Positions 10,754 through 21,104 of a stretch of 64,000 nucleotides of DNA are shown piece by piece. A program made the translations under genes and the position numbers. The notes under the pieces were generated by a model. The model ran no database searches and was not told the origin of the DNA. It worked only from the letters and a program-made list of their open reading frames with translations. Source of the DNA: a bacterium (GTDB taxonomy: Bacteria > SM23-31); assembly GCA_965249485.1 (NCBI GenBank), contig OZ252239.1:832001-896000 (forward strand). The letters run 5' to 3'. Numbering within the stretch: the stretch's first letter is position 1; every line of letters starts with the position of its first letter.

Positions 10754-10812
10754 ATGGATATACTACCGTTAAAATTCCCCATATCAATCACTTGAAGCAG
10801 ATTGATATGGAA
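10754..10812. repeat. Intergenic repeat copy 1 with inverted repeat CCATATCAATC/GATTGATATGG
   Basis: 10754-10788 is 31/35 identical to 12392-12426; shares TCCCCATATCAAT with 57476-57488. Confidence 0.7.
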
Positions 10813-11268
10813 CATTTAAGATTGTCATAATAAGTTAATAAATGACTTTTTCAATTGCAAAAGGAAAATGTTTTAAATGTATCAGCATACAATAATTTTG
10901 CAACAGTATTCTACTTTTCTATTTAATAGAGTATAATTCAAAAACACCTCTCCTTATATTTCTAATTGCAAATTCTTTAATCAAGCTATACAATAAAGTA
11001 AAGGAGCATTTCGATACAGCATCTCTTTAATAAGCGCTTAAATTATCGTCACATCCGTAATTTGAAAGGAAATATACCTGCTGTGCTTGAATACTTTAGC
11101 GCAGATCTTGAATAATCTCGTCAAAAATCTGCAAATTGACTGGTGTTTGATATTCCGAAGAAGCGCTAAGCGTCAAAGAAAATTGTCGGGATTATATGCG
11201 GGAATACGCAATCAACGTCTCACCTGATTAGAGATGATTCATATTATCAGGGAAATGTGCAGGAAGGA

Positions 11269-12192
11269 TTATTTATCTGTAGTTAGAAGATTCTTTAAAG
11301 CGTGTTCTATGGTTTCATAATGGAAAGAATATCCCGATTCGAGAAGTACTTGAGGATTGACTTTTTGACTGTTGAACATAAGGTCAACAAGCTCTCCAAA
11401 TCTGATCCAGAGCGGAAAACGGGGAATAGGGATCAATACTGGACGCCGTATCACAACACCAAACGTTTTTGCAAATGTTTTGAATGAAACAGGATTCGGG
11501 GAAACGATATTGATAGGTCCTGATAGAGTCACAGTCTCGAGGAAATGCTGAATAGAAAAAATAACATCGTTTATATGGACCCATGAGAACCACTGAGAAC
11601 CGCTTCCGAAATATCCCCCGAGACATAATTTGAACGGAATAAGCATTTTTTTTAGAGTTCCGCCATCCCTGCTTAGAACAATCCCGATCCTTGCGATCAC
11701 GACACGTACCCCGGCAGATTCCGCACGCATTGCTTCATGTTCCCATTCCCGGCAGACTTCCGACAAGAATCCATCTCCCGGCAGGTCCTGTTCAGAAAAA
11801 AGATGGTCCTGGTGAAATCCATAATAACCGATCGCTGATGCACTGATAAGAGTTTTTGGATGTATTTTGCTCGTAATGATCGCATTCACAATTGCCTTTG
11901 TCGAAGCAATCCTGCTATTAAGGATCAGGTTTTTTGTCAATGGTGACCACCGCTTTTCGGCAATGGGAGCACCCGCAAGATTTATAACGGTGTCGATCTT
12001 CTCACAGCGGTTTGTCCAGGAAAGATCGGCATCGTGAACATCCCATTCAACAATTGAGCAGCCTTCCGGAAGACGGGCTTTTGCGGTTGATTCATTTCTT
12101 GTAAGAATAGTAACCCTGAACCCTTTATCGAGGAAAAAAGCACAGAGCGGCTTTCCGATAGTACCGGTTGCTCCGGTTATGAGTATATTCAT
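11269..12192 (-). CDS. TIGR01777-family NAD-dependent epimerase/oxidoreductase
   Basis: ILITGATGTIG Rossmann motif, INLAGAPI, SASAIGYYG, SWVHIND. Confidence 0.9.
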   Translation of the reverse strand: MNILITGATGTIGKPLCAFFLDKGFRVTILTRNESTAKARLPEGCSIVEWDVHDADLSWTNRCEKIDTVINLAGAPIAEKRWSPLTKNLILNSRIASTKAIVNAIITSKIHPKTLISASAIGYYGFHQDHLFSEQDLPGDGFLSEVCREWEHEAMRAESAGVRVVIARIGIVLSRDGGTLKKMLIPFKLCLGGYFGSGSQWFSWVHINDVIFSIQHFLETVTLSGPINIVSPNPVSFKTFAKTFGVVIRRPVLIPIPRFPLWIRFGELVDLMFNSQKVNPQVLLESGYSFHYETIEHALKNLLTTDK

Positions 12193-12391
12193 TGCATTAT
12201 CTGAATAATTAGGAAATTCATGTTATATTTGTATAATATAGAAAAAAAGAGAATCTGTCAAATATAATTTTTCATGGATCAATCCTTAGTTATGTTATCG
12301 TTTATGTTGGATTATTTTTAGTGAACATTAAAAAACAACAGTAACAAGTACGAGGTCAAAACTTGATCGGAGAATACTAATGGGTCTCGCT

Positions 12392-12426
12392 ATGGATATA
12401 CTATCATTGATATTCCCCATATCAAT
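12392..12426. repeat. Intergenic repeat copy 2 (ATTGATAT-N5-ATATCAAT palindrome)
   Basis: Direct repeat of 10754-10788, 4 mismatches in 35 bp. Confidence 0.7.
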
Positions 12427-12612
12427 TGTCAGCTTAAAACGGTTTTTTAAGGATCAAAATAGCAAAACAGATTATCCACAAGCTATAAAAAACAGAAGTA
12501 CTTGTGGAATTTTGGCAAAATGCGTATAATGAAAATAAGAAATCATATTACTACATACTGCTGCTACAAAGTCAATTGATAATTTATTGTAGCAAATTAA
12601 GGAGATTTTAAT

Positions 12613-12786
12613 ATGTTCGATTTTCAGCTACATTCAATTATATTTTATGGATTAATAGCTTTTGCGATAATTTTTGTAGTTGTTGCACATATTATATTAT
12701 TAAGAAAAATTTATAAAAATTCATTAAGGAATAATAAAAGGTTGTTAAGAAAACAAAAGATTGGTGACAAGTTCGACTCACCCTAG
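12613..12786 (+). CDS. Small single-TM protein (57 aa), not in ORF track
   Basis: AAGGAG RBS; MFDFQLHSIIFYGLIAFAIIFVVVAHIILLRKIYK... with basic tail; followed by terminator. Confidence 0.6.
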   Translation: MFDFQLHSIIFYGLIAFAIIFVVVAHIILLRKIYKNSLRNNKRLLRKQKIGDKFDSP

Positions 12787-12799
12787 AAGACACTAATTT

Positions 12800-12836
12800 A
12801 AAAAGGCCTTCTTGATATTTCAAGAAGGCTTTTTTA
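12800..12836. terminator. Bidirectional intrinsic terminator
   Basis: GCCTTCTTGA-tatt-TCAAGAAGGC stem with A-tract before and T-tract after, between convergent genes. Confidence 0.85.
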
Positions 12837-12873
12837 TTATATACTAAAAGACGGATAAATGGTCAAAAAATCA

Positions 12874-15582
12874 TCAATATGAAAACCAGTGGTTAAATTT
12901 CGCGAGAAAGACATTCGTCGGGTAGAGGTCGAACAGATCGCTGACATCATCATTAAATGCGAAGGTGCCCGGACGACCGTCACCGGTCCTGCCTTGTGAC
13001 CAGACGAGAAACAGTGTCGAGCCTGGATTGTACTCCCACCTTACAACGAGATTCGACCGGAACTGCAGAAAATTGAATTCGGGATTCTCGAAGGAATACA
13101 CAGCCCCATCATTGATAGTATACTCCCCGGTCGCAGCATTATATGTTATTTCACCATCGGTAAATTTCCCGAACCGGTCGGTATAATTGTCAGCCCGTGG
13201 ATTTGTAACTTTTTTAAAATTACTGTATCTACCATTGGAGATAAAGGGCTGGCCGTAATACTCGATAGTGAATGTCGGCGTAATACTGTAACTTGCACGA
13301 GTCACAATCCCAAGTGTTTCCTGATTCAATTCACCAAAGACATAACGCGAACCGCCGTTTGGTTCAAACGTGTCGATATACTGGAGGTTCATCTGCTGTT
13401 TCGTAAAGGTCGGATTGATATTAAAGGAAAATGAACTGCTCGGGCGGAACGTCGTTGTCACCTGAAATTGCTTCATGTACGATATGTCATCATCCCAGAT
13501 ATCCCAAGTGTATCTAAACGAAGCCTGCACGTTTCTCCTCGTATCGGAGCCGATATTGGTATGTATATGCCAGATGCCGGGATTGATAAAATAAGGTCCT
13601 CCACGAAGGATAGTTTTTGTCAGGCCTTCATCATACCGGTGAACACCGATGCCATATCTTCCGTAATTTTTGAGGATACTGTCGAAATGTAAATCCACAC
13701 CCGATTTAATATCATCAGCAAACGCAATCTTTTTGCCGTCAAAATCCCAAACAGTGTTCTGTTTGAATTTTAAGGTAAAACTCCTGAAAAGCAAGCTCGG
13801 ATTATAGGACCAGTATTCAAGCGCCGCAACTTCGCCGACAAAATCCGCTTCCTTGAGGAATCCGATATCGTTTAGTTCCAGTCCCGGTGAGCGCCACGTC
13901 GTCAAGAGGTTGTACTTGATATACCCCTGACCGGCTTTTCCTATCGTAAATGTTCCACCGTGCCCGGAGAGTGAGGAAGCCGTCGAATCGACCCTAACAT
14001 GGCTGGCATCGGAACGTTGAAAGTAGCGGGATGAAGAGGTTTGTGCGTTGAGCATGGCCTCACTGTCGCCCCGGATATGGCTGAATACCGACATAAATGA
14101 CATAAAATAGTTTCTGTTATTCCAGGTGTGAACAAAATCGACTCCACCGGTATATGCTGCCTCATTCAGAAATCTGAGATGACTATCCTGAAGATCTCGG
14201 TTCGTCGCTGTCACAATCCCACCCAGTCGTGTGTCGCCTCTCCTGAAATCTTGCTGTACCCGTCCGGCGAAATAGTTTGTCAGCGGTTCAACCGTTGTTG
14301 ATCCCCGTACCCCTAAGTTAAGAAAATCGGCTTTTTCCTCTACCGTCACTGCCTCGATGATGCCGATTGAAAGACCATTCTGTGTTTTGCCCGACAGTTT
14401 TGCTGCGGCCGCTATGCTCGATTGCAGCACAGGTTCTATATAATCGATTTCGTCATTTTCCGGCGAAAACTGTGGTGATCTTCCGATCCGGCGGGAATAA
14501 AATAGGTTGTCCTGCGAACTAAATCGTTGAAACCGCAAGGCATTTTGGGGACTGCCGCTTCTCTGGATGTTTTGAGACAAATTTTGTTTAATCTGATAAT
14601 TGAAAATATTCTTTCCTTCGGTAAAGAACGGCCGTTTTTCAGCGAAAAACGACTCAAAAGCCGTTAGATTGACTTCGGAAGGATCAGCTTCAACCTGCCC
14701 GAAGTCGGGATTCACAGTCAGATCGAGGGTAATATCACTTGTCACACCGATTTTAGCGTCCAGTCCGGCATGAAAGTTATTATCCTGTCCGGATGCAAAA
14801 GGATTTCCGGCTTCTTCAAGTGACCGCTCCATACTGCCGAGGGTATAGGGCAATATCTCAATCCGGTGCGATGTTCCGATATCTTTGATACCACGTAGTT
14901 CTCCAAAATGACTGACTGTTCCGGCAGCATCCCGGAAGAAAAACTGCCAGAATGAACGCTCCTCTTCTCTGTAGAGTCTCCTCTCAATTTGCAGTCCCCA
15001 GACCTGTTCGTCACTGTCCGAGTACCGGAGCTGGCTGAACGGTATGCGCATCTCTGCAGTCCATCCCGATTCATTGTGGGCAACGTCTGCGTACCAGACC
15101 GGATCCCACGTAATATCTTTTGTTTTTCCATCATTTGAAATAAATTGGTCACCTTTCACACCCGCAGCCGTAACAGTAAAATTGAACGCGGTTCGTCTAT
15201 CAAAATAGCTGTCGATACTGACGCTCACCCAATCGCCATCATTCACATCGCGCCGGGACCCGCGCCGCTCGATTTTTTCAGACTCATTATCATTCATACG
15301 GAAGGCAATACAAATATTTTCTTCGTCATAAATAATTTTAAAAGCAGTCGTCTGACTCGGCTCGGTCCCTTCATATGGCTGCCGCTGGGTAAATCCGCCT
15401 CCCCATTCAGCAAACTGCCATGCCTCATCGTCCAGAATCCCGTCGATAACCGGACTGTTTGAGTCAAAAAGTTCTGCGGTATAGACTTTGTTTTCAACAA
15501 TTCGGCCGTTCTCAGTACTACTGTCCTGCGAATAGAGGGCAACCGGATAGAGTAGCATTAATGTTATAATAACGTTTTTCAT
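12874..15582 (-). CDS. Exported CBM9-like / DUF5916 outer-membrane beta-barrel protein
   Basis: Signal peptide; PVIDGILDDEAW, WTAEMRIPF, TVNPDFGQVEAD, EKRPFF, FYSRRIG, WEYNPGS; aromatic C-terminus. Confidence 0.85.
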   Translation of the reverse strand: MKNVIITLMLLYPVALYSQDSSTENGRIVENKVYTAELFDSNSPVIDGILDDEAWQFAEWGGGFTQRQPYEGTEPSQTTAFKIIYDEENICIAFRMNDNESEKIERRGSRRDVNDGDWVSVSIDSYFDRRTAFNFTVTAAGVKGDQFISNDGKTKDITWDPVWYADVAHNESGWTAEMRIPFSQLRYSDSDEQVWGLQIERRLYREEERSFWQFFFRDAAGTVSHFGELRGIKDIGTSHRIEILPYTLGSMERSLEEAGNPFASGQDNNFHAGLDAKIGVTSDITLDLTVNPDFGQVEADPSEVNLTAFESFFAEKRPFFTEGKNIFNYQIKQNLSQNIQRSGSPQNALRFQRFSSQDNLFYSRRIGRSPQFSPENDEIDYIEPVLQSSIAAAAKLSGKTQNGLSIGIIEAVTVEEKADFLNLGVRGSTTVEPLTNYFAGRVQQDFRRGDTRLGGIVTATNRDLQDSHLRFLNEAAYTGGVDFVHTWNNRNYFMSFMSVFSHIRGDSEAMLNAQTSSSRYFQRSDASHVRVDSTASSLSGHGGTFTIGKAGQGYIKYNLLTTWRSPGLELNDIGFLKEADFVGEVAALEYWSYNPSLLFRSFTLKFKQNTVWDFDGKKIAFADDIKSGVDLHFDSILKNYGRYGIGVHRYDEGLTKTILRGGPYFINPGIWHIHTNIGSDTRRNVQASFRYTWDIWDDDISYMKQFQVTTTFRPSSSFSFNINPTFTKQQMNLQYIDTFEPNGGSRYVFGELNQETLGIVTRASYSITPTFTIEYYGQPFISNGRYSNFKKVTNPRADNYTDRFGKFTDGEITYNAATGEYTINDGAVYSFENPEFNFLQFRSNLVVRWEYNPGSTLFLVWSQGRTGDGRPGTFAFNDDVSDLFDLYPTNVFLAKFNHWFSY

Positions 15583-15820
15583 GATTTCAGCTCTTCATTA
15601 CAGTGTTTCGCACTCAATTTAACTAATTCTTGATATTAGTACAATCAGATTTACGGATTCTTCAAGAAAAAACATCTTTTTTCAGCAAATTACCGTCGAA
15701 TTAATACGTATATAGATTCGACAAAATTCCTTAATACAATCTATGATTATTTAGGTGGTTATCTGTGGGAGCTGGGATCATTGTAAATGTTTCTCACACG
15801 TAAATTATAATGAAGGAAGG

Positions 15821-17125
15821 CTACAATTTATATATGGTATTACTGTCAGTATCTTTATATACATTTCTCGTATCAAAGATGCATGCGCTGTTTGCTTCCA
15901 GGTAACCGTAGTCGATTTTCTCGTGAGCAGTCACAATCATCACACAATTATACGATTGTAACAGCTTCTTATCAGCAAGATCAATAGAATTATAGGTTGT
16001 TCCATTCGGATGTTCAAATGTGTCTACATACGGATCGTGATAATCAACACAACACCCGAACTCTTTCAGCAGTTCGATTAATTCAAGCCCCGGTGATTCC
16101 CGCAGGTCGTTCACGTTTTCTTTATACGAGATACCCATTAATAGAATTTTTGCGTCTTTCAGGGAAATTCCCCGCTCATTGACAATTCGCAGCAGCTTAT
16201 TAATAACAAACCGGGGCATATTACCGTTTATGTCAGTCGCAAGATCGATGAATCGGTTGTAAAAATTGAAACTGCGCGCCTTATAAGTAAGGTACATAGG
16301 ATCGAGTGGAATACAATGTCCGCCTAATCCGGGGCCGGGTAAAAATTTCATGAATCCAAACGGCTTCGTCCCGGCAGCTTCTATTACCCGCCAAATATCG
16401 ATTCCCAGCCTGTCGCACATAATCGCCATTTCGTTGACAAGGCCGATATTGACCGCACGAAACGTGTTCTCAAGCAGCTTCACCATCTCGGCTTCTTCTG
16501 ATGTAGTGACACGGTGAATCTCTGAGATAATATGTTCATAGAGCAGCTGTGCAATCTCTCCGCATGCAGGCGTGATACCACCGATCACCTTTGGAATGTT
16601 TTTCGTTGTATATTTCTTATTCCCCGGATCGACACGTTCAGGAGAAAAAGCGATGTATAGGTCTTTGCCGATTACAAATCCCATTTTTTCAAACTCATGA
16701 GCAAGAAGCTCGCGCGTTGCTCCAGGATACGTTGTGCTTTCCAGAACGATGAGCATGCCTTTACGAACATGCTTTTTTACTCCATCGACAGCAGTTTTGA
16801 TGTACGAGAGATCAGGCTCTTTCGATTTGTTGAGTGGCGTTGGAACGGTTATGCAGATACAGTCAGTACCACTCAACTGCGAATAATCGGTGTAAACTTC
16901 AAAATTTCCGTTATTGACGGCATTGCTGACTTCCCGGTCTGTTATATCAATAATATATGATGTCCCGCGTTTAAGCTGTGTAATCTTCTCTTTGGCAATA
17001 TCGATGCCCTTCACACGGTAACCGGCCCGAACAAATTCGAGGCTTAACGGCAGCCCGACATAGCCGAGGCCGATGACCCCGATTCGGGCGCTTTTGGTGT
17101 TGATCTTTTCACGTATCTGTTCCAT
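15821..17125 (-). CDS. Nucleotide-sugar (UDP-GlcNAc/UDP-ManNAc-type) dehydrogenase
   Basis: GLGYVGLP, ESTTYPG, FSPERVDPG, KLLENTFRAVNIG, GPGLGGHCIPLDP. Confidence 0.92.
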   Translation of the reverse strand: MEQIREKINTKSARIGVIGLGYVGLPLSLEFVRAGYRVKGIDIAKEKITQLKRGTSYIIDITDREVSNAVNNGNFEVYTDYSQLSGTDCICITVPTPLNKSKEPDLSYIKTAVDGVKKHVRKGMLIVLESTTYPGATRELLAHEFEKMGFVIGKDLYIAFSPERVDPGNKKYTTKNIPKVIGGITPACGEIAQLLYEHIISEIHRVTTSEEAEMVKLLENTFRAVNIGLVNEMAIMCDRLGIDIWRVIEAAGTKPFGFMKFLPGPGLGGHCIPLDPMYLTYKARSFNFYNRFIDLATDINGNMPRFVINKLLRIVNERGISLKDAKILLMGISYKENVNDLRESPGLELIELLKEFGCCVDYHDPYVDTFEHPNGTTYNSIDLADKKLLQSYNCVMIVTAHEKIDYGYLEANSACIFDTRNVYKDTDSNTIYKL

Positions 17126-17677
17126 AGTATAAATTTTCTTTTATCTAATTTACCGCCTGAGATAGTAGGTAAATCAATTATTAAACCACTGTTTCATATT
17201 CGACTAAAATAAAATATTACTGTAACTAATACAAGTTGTTTTATGCAGATACTGTATGAGATAGGTGCCGCTGAAAAGATTATAAAATTGTAAAGAGTAA
17301 TGCCGATATGAATCAATTAAATTGCTTCAAAATTAATTATACTATGTACTTTCTGCGTCCATATCAAATTCTACAGAAATTGGTCTCTCGCGAAAGCCAG
17401 GGTTGTATCCTGCTTTTATATAATTGCGTTTCGAAGATTTTGGGTTCCCCACAAAGATAATTTGTAATTTGCAATCCCAAATCATATTTTTACTTCCCTG
17501 CAATTATTTTTCTCTACAATATCATCTACACCAGTAGTATATTAACACGATGAACCGGATGAGGATTTCTCCAAGCAAATATTGCGTATTGCACTGTATT
17601 AAATTTATTTAATTTTCCATTCATCGAGTTTGTTGAGTGTTTTCACAACACAATTATTAGATAAAATCAATTTATTC

Positions 17678-17704
17678 TGCAACATTTGTGTTATAGTCTT
17701 CGTC
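17678..17704 (+). promoter_or_regulatory. Putative ECF sigma promoter TGCAAC-N17-CGTC (autoregulatory)
   Basis: AAC/CGT ECF consensus 41 bp before the sigma start; same motif and spacing at 28364-28390. Confidence 0.65.
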
Positions 17705-17745
17705 ATTATAATTAAACGACCAGGCCCGGTAACCGGTAAGGAAGT

Positions 17746-18327
17746 ATGGTTTTAGAAGAAATCGATCTCGTACGAAAAGTACAAAATGAAAGAGATATGG
17801 CTGCTTATCAGCGGCTGGTGTGTAGGCATCAGGAGCGGATATACTATCTTGTCAGGAGAATGGTCGGTAACCATGAGGATGCCCAGGATATTGTGCAGGA
17901 TACGTTCATAAAATCACTAAAAAAGATAGGTCAGATTAAGGAAGGCAGTAAATTCGGGGGCTGGCTCAGTAATATAGCTGTTAATACGGCATTGGATTTT
18001 TTCAGAAAAAAGCATAATAATGGAAAAGTATCACTTTCCGATGAAATGGTGCCGGAAGCGATCTCTGAGAAGCTTATACAGAAGGATGAAGAATTGAAAA
18101 ACGGTGCCTATGGACAGGAAACGAAGAAACACATCAATAGAGCACTTATGAAACTGCCGCTGAACCATCGTGAGGCGTTTATACTGTTCCATTATCAAAA
18201 ATTGCCGGTCAAGATTGTCGCTGACCACATGGGCTGTCCCGAAGCAACCGTCCGTTCATATGTGTTTCGGGCTATCAGAAAATTGAGAGTATATCTTCAG
18301 GACTATAAAGAATTGTCGAAAGGGTAA
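17746..18327 (+). CDS. ECF RNA polymerase sigma factor
   Basis: DAQDIVQDTFIK region 2, WLSNIAVN, region 4 HTH ...EATVRSYVFRAIRKL. Confidence 0.92.
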   Translation: MVLEEIDLVRKVQNERDMAAYQRLVCRHQERIYYLVRRMVGNHEDAQDIVQDTFIKSLKKIGQIKEGSKFGGWLSNIAVNTALDFFRKKHNNGKVSLSDEMVPEAISEKLIQKDEELKNGAYGQETKKHINRALMKLPLNHREAFILFHYQKLPVKIVADHMGCPEATVRSYVFRAIRKLRVYLQDYKELSKG

Positions 18328-18330
18328 CAC

Positions 18331-18960
18331 ATGGATTGCAGTGCAATAGAACTCCTTTTACCGGAATTTGCCGCAGACAGACTGAATGAGCAGGACTGCG
18401 ACCTTGTCCGGAAACATCTTACATCCTGTGAATCGTGTACAAACGCTTTGCGGGATTGTACCGAACTGTTTGGAATAGTTGTGCCGGAAGAAAAAAGCGC
18501 CATTACACCTCCTGATGGATATTTCGATGAGGTGTGGCCTCATTTACACACAACTATTCAGAAGGAAGGGCTGCATAATGCGTCCTCTTCAAAACCGAAA
18601 TGGCTGTCGATGCCGTTACATTCGTTAAAACGTGCACCCTATTTCGCAATTTCGGCAGCAGCAGCGGTTATTCTTGCTGTAGTGATAACTTTTTACGATA
18701 ATCCGGCGGAGGAACCGGTATCAGCTATAACACAGCCGGTCATACGTGCGCAGAACGAGTCTGAGCAGAATGAAAATCCTGTTTCTGGAATAACACAGAG
18801 CACACCCGACATAACCAGCGTGGTCAACTCAGGAGTAAAAAAATTAAATTTGCTCACGACTGCCGATGTAAAGGGCTATCTGGATCCGAAAAAACGTGAA
18901 GATGCATACGATTCCTTTACAACGTATCTCGCAAATGTAATCGTCAGTATGCAGGACTGA
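18331..18960 (+). CDS. Zinc-finger (ZAS) anti-sigma factor, single TM
   Basis: HLTSCESC = HxxxCxxC, central TM helix, directly after ECF sigma. Confidence 0.85.
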   Translation: MDCSAIELLLPEFAADRLNEQDCDLVRKHLTSCESCTNALRDCTELFGIVVPEEKSAITPPDGYFDEVWPHLHTTIQKEGLHNASSSKPKWLSMPLHSLKRAPYFAISAAAAVILAVVITFYDNPAEEPVSAITQPVIRAQNESEQNENPVSGITQSTPDITSVVNSGVKKLNLLTTADVKGYLDPKKREDAYDSFTTYLANVIVSMQD

Positions 18961-19036
18961 TTCAAATGGAACTGTTATTCGATAATTATAAATTTATCAT
19001 GAGAATGATTACTCGTGAAATGTTAAGGAAGTATTC

Positions 19037-20083
19037 ATGACACTTCGAGTGAAAAAACTTTTCCGCAAATATATTACGACTGCTCTTGTATTAATGGTTG
19101 CGGGTATTCAATTTGGTGCTTCCGATCTTTTCGGTCAGGATGAATCGCTGTTAGGCAGGATTCCGGACGGAGATTTTGCGGTATTTTCGTTTTCTCCGGG
19201 TGATATCATTGAATCCGAGTTCCTAAATTACTTTATTGAGGGCGATTCTGCTGCGCAGGCTATTCGTGAGCACGGTTTGACGGCCTTTGAGGGGATATCG
19301 GGTATCAGAATGGACGACATTAACAAAGTCATGGTGTTTGTTTCCGATTTCCATAGCTCAATTCCCACTATTGGTGCACTGGCATCGGGAGATTTCAGTG
19401 GTCTGAATTACGATATTATTCTGCGCACACTAAATGTACACTCAAATAGTGAACATCTCATAAAAGTGAATGACTATGATGTCCGCGTATATTCTATTCA
19501 GGGAGAGAACGATGAGGAACAAAATGAAAAAGATATTGACATTGAACCACATCTTTATTTTGATGACAAAGAAATTCTTATAGCCGGTTCCCGAGAATTT
19601 ATGGAACAATTACTTCGGCTCAAAGACGGACGGGATTCCAATCTCCGGGATAACGATGAGTTTATGGATCAATTCAATAATGTCCGAGACAATGAGAGTT
19701 TTTGGTTTGTGATCCCGACGACAAAGATCATGGATGACGTCATGGCTAAAGTGCATGAACAGACCAGTGAACAATTTGGCGGCCAGCGGTTTGATATTAC
19801 AAGTCTGGTCGGTGGACTCACGCTTTCTGATACATTCGATATGGTGCTAAAACTCCATAACGGGAATGAAGAACAACTTGAGCATTTATATAATTTAGCG
19901 AACGGTCTCCGGAGTCTTGCGATACTGGGTGCTATGGGAGTACCGGCGACGAAAGATTTGACTAGCTATATCAATTCTATTGAATTGACAAAAGAAAATG
20001 AATTTCTCCAGCTTCGTTTAGAATTAACGATTAAACAAGTTGAGGAGTTGATTGCCAAAGGGAAAGAAATTTCTGATTTGTAA
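19037..20083 (+). CDS. Exported protein of unknown function, paralog of 21959..23017
   Basis: Signal peptide; QDESLLGRIP, AFEGISG, ASGDFSGLNY, LANGLRSLA match the paralog. Confidence 0.8.
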   Translation: MTLRVKKLFRKYITTALVLMVAGIQFGASDLFGQDESLLGRIPDGDFAVFSFSPGDIIESEFLNYFIEGDSAAQAIREHGLTAFEGISGIRMDDINKVMVFVSDFHSSIPTIGALASGDFSGLNYDIILRTLNVHSNSEHLIKVNDYDVRVYSIQGENDEEQNEKDIDIEPHLYFDDKEILIAGSREFMEQLLRLKDGRDSNLRDNDEFMDQFNNVRDNESFWFVIPTTKIMDDVMAKVHEQTSEQFGGQRFDITSLVGGLTLSDTFDMVLKLHNGNEEQLEHLYNLANGLRSLAILGAMGVPATKDLTSYINSIELTKENEFLQLRLELTIKQVEELIAKGKEISDL

Positions 20084-20105
20084 TCCCGACGACAAAGATT
20101 ATGGA
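20072..20105 (+). repeat. Degenerate direct repeat of 19701-19734
   Basis: 30/34 identity around ATCCCGACGACAAAGAT. Confidence 0.7.
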
Positions 20106-20166
20106 AATATATGAGCAACGAGTGATGACTTTCAACGCATAAAACAATAAGAATTGAGATAAATAC

Positions 20167-21102
20167 ATGACAATTATTGACTGCAAAGGAATCACGAAGT
20201 CCTTTCGCACAGGGTTGGCAAAAAATAAATTTATTGCTCTCGACGATGTTGAGCTTGAGATACAGCAGGGTGAAATTTTCGGCATTCTCGGCCCAAACGG
20301 CGCCGGAAAAACCACACTCCTGAAAATAATTCTTGGCCTTGTCTATCCTGACAAAGGTGAAGTGACGGTATTCAGTCAAAATGTAAAGGATCATACATCA
20401 CGGAGTAAGGTCGGATACCTGCCTGAAACACCCAATTTACCTCCATATTTGACAGCAAAGCAGACCCTTGAATTATTTGGAAAACTGTCGGGTGTTTCAT
20501 CAAAAGAAATAAAATCAAGGACTACCGAAATTCTGATTGAAGTGAAAATGGACAAATGGGGGGACAAAAAGACATCGACTTTTTCCAAAGGAATGGTCCA
20601 ACGTCTCGGTCTTGCCCAGGCACTTGTTAGTGAACCTGATTTAATTTTCCTGGACGAGCCAACCGACGGTGTCGATCCAATCGGACGAAAAGAAATCCGT
20701 GATATTCTCCTGCGTCTGAAACAACAGGGGAAGACAATCTTTCTCAATTCCCATCTCCTGAGCGAGACAGAGATGATATGTGACCGGGTTGCAATCATGG
20801 ATAAGGGAAAAATCGTGGCAGTGGGAGGAATCGAAGATCTGACATTATCCCTGAATAGTTACCGGATTAAATGCAAAGAACTGTCGAACGGTATTGCGGA
20901 TAAATTACAGGGAATTGCTCGGGTGAAAATAGTGGAGAACGGAACGATTGACACACTGGTCGAAAATTTGGAAGGTTTGAACAGGGTAATCGATGTGCTG
21001 AGGGGAGAAAAAATCATTATCGAGTCAATCTCCCAGAACAGGCAAAGCCTTGAATCGTATTTTGTCGACCTGATAACGGACTTACGCGGAGAGGAGGTCT
21101 GA
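20167..21102 (+). CDS. ABC-2 type exporter ATP-binding protein
   Basis: GPNGAGKTT Walker A, FSKGM signature, LIFLDEP Walker B, NSHLL. Confidence 0.95.
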   Translation: MTIIDCKGITKSFRTGLAKNKFIALDDVELEIQQGEIFGILGPNGAGKTTLLKIILGLVYPDKGEVTVFSQNVKDHTSRSKVGYLPETPNLPPYLTAKQTLELFGKLSGVSSKEIKSRTTEILIEVKMDKWGDKKTSTFSKGMVQRLGLAQALVSEPDLIFLDEPTDGVDPIGRKEIRDILLRLKQQGKTIFLNSHLLSETEMICDRVAIMDKGKIVAVGGIEDLTLSLNSYRIKCKELSNGIADKLQGIARVKIVENGTIDTLVENLEGLNRVIDVLRGEKIIIESISQNRQSLESYFVDLITDLRGEEV

Positions 21103-21104
21103 TC

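Noticed and set aside
10532..11260. ORF 10532..10741 and AT-rich gap as gene or ncRNA
   Set aside because: No motif, RBS or recognisable structure; may be decayed sequence.
12472..12480. Perfect DnaA box TTATCCACA suggesting oriC
   Set aside because: Single box, no cluster and no dnaA/gidA context.
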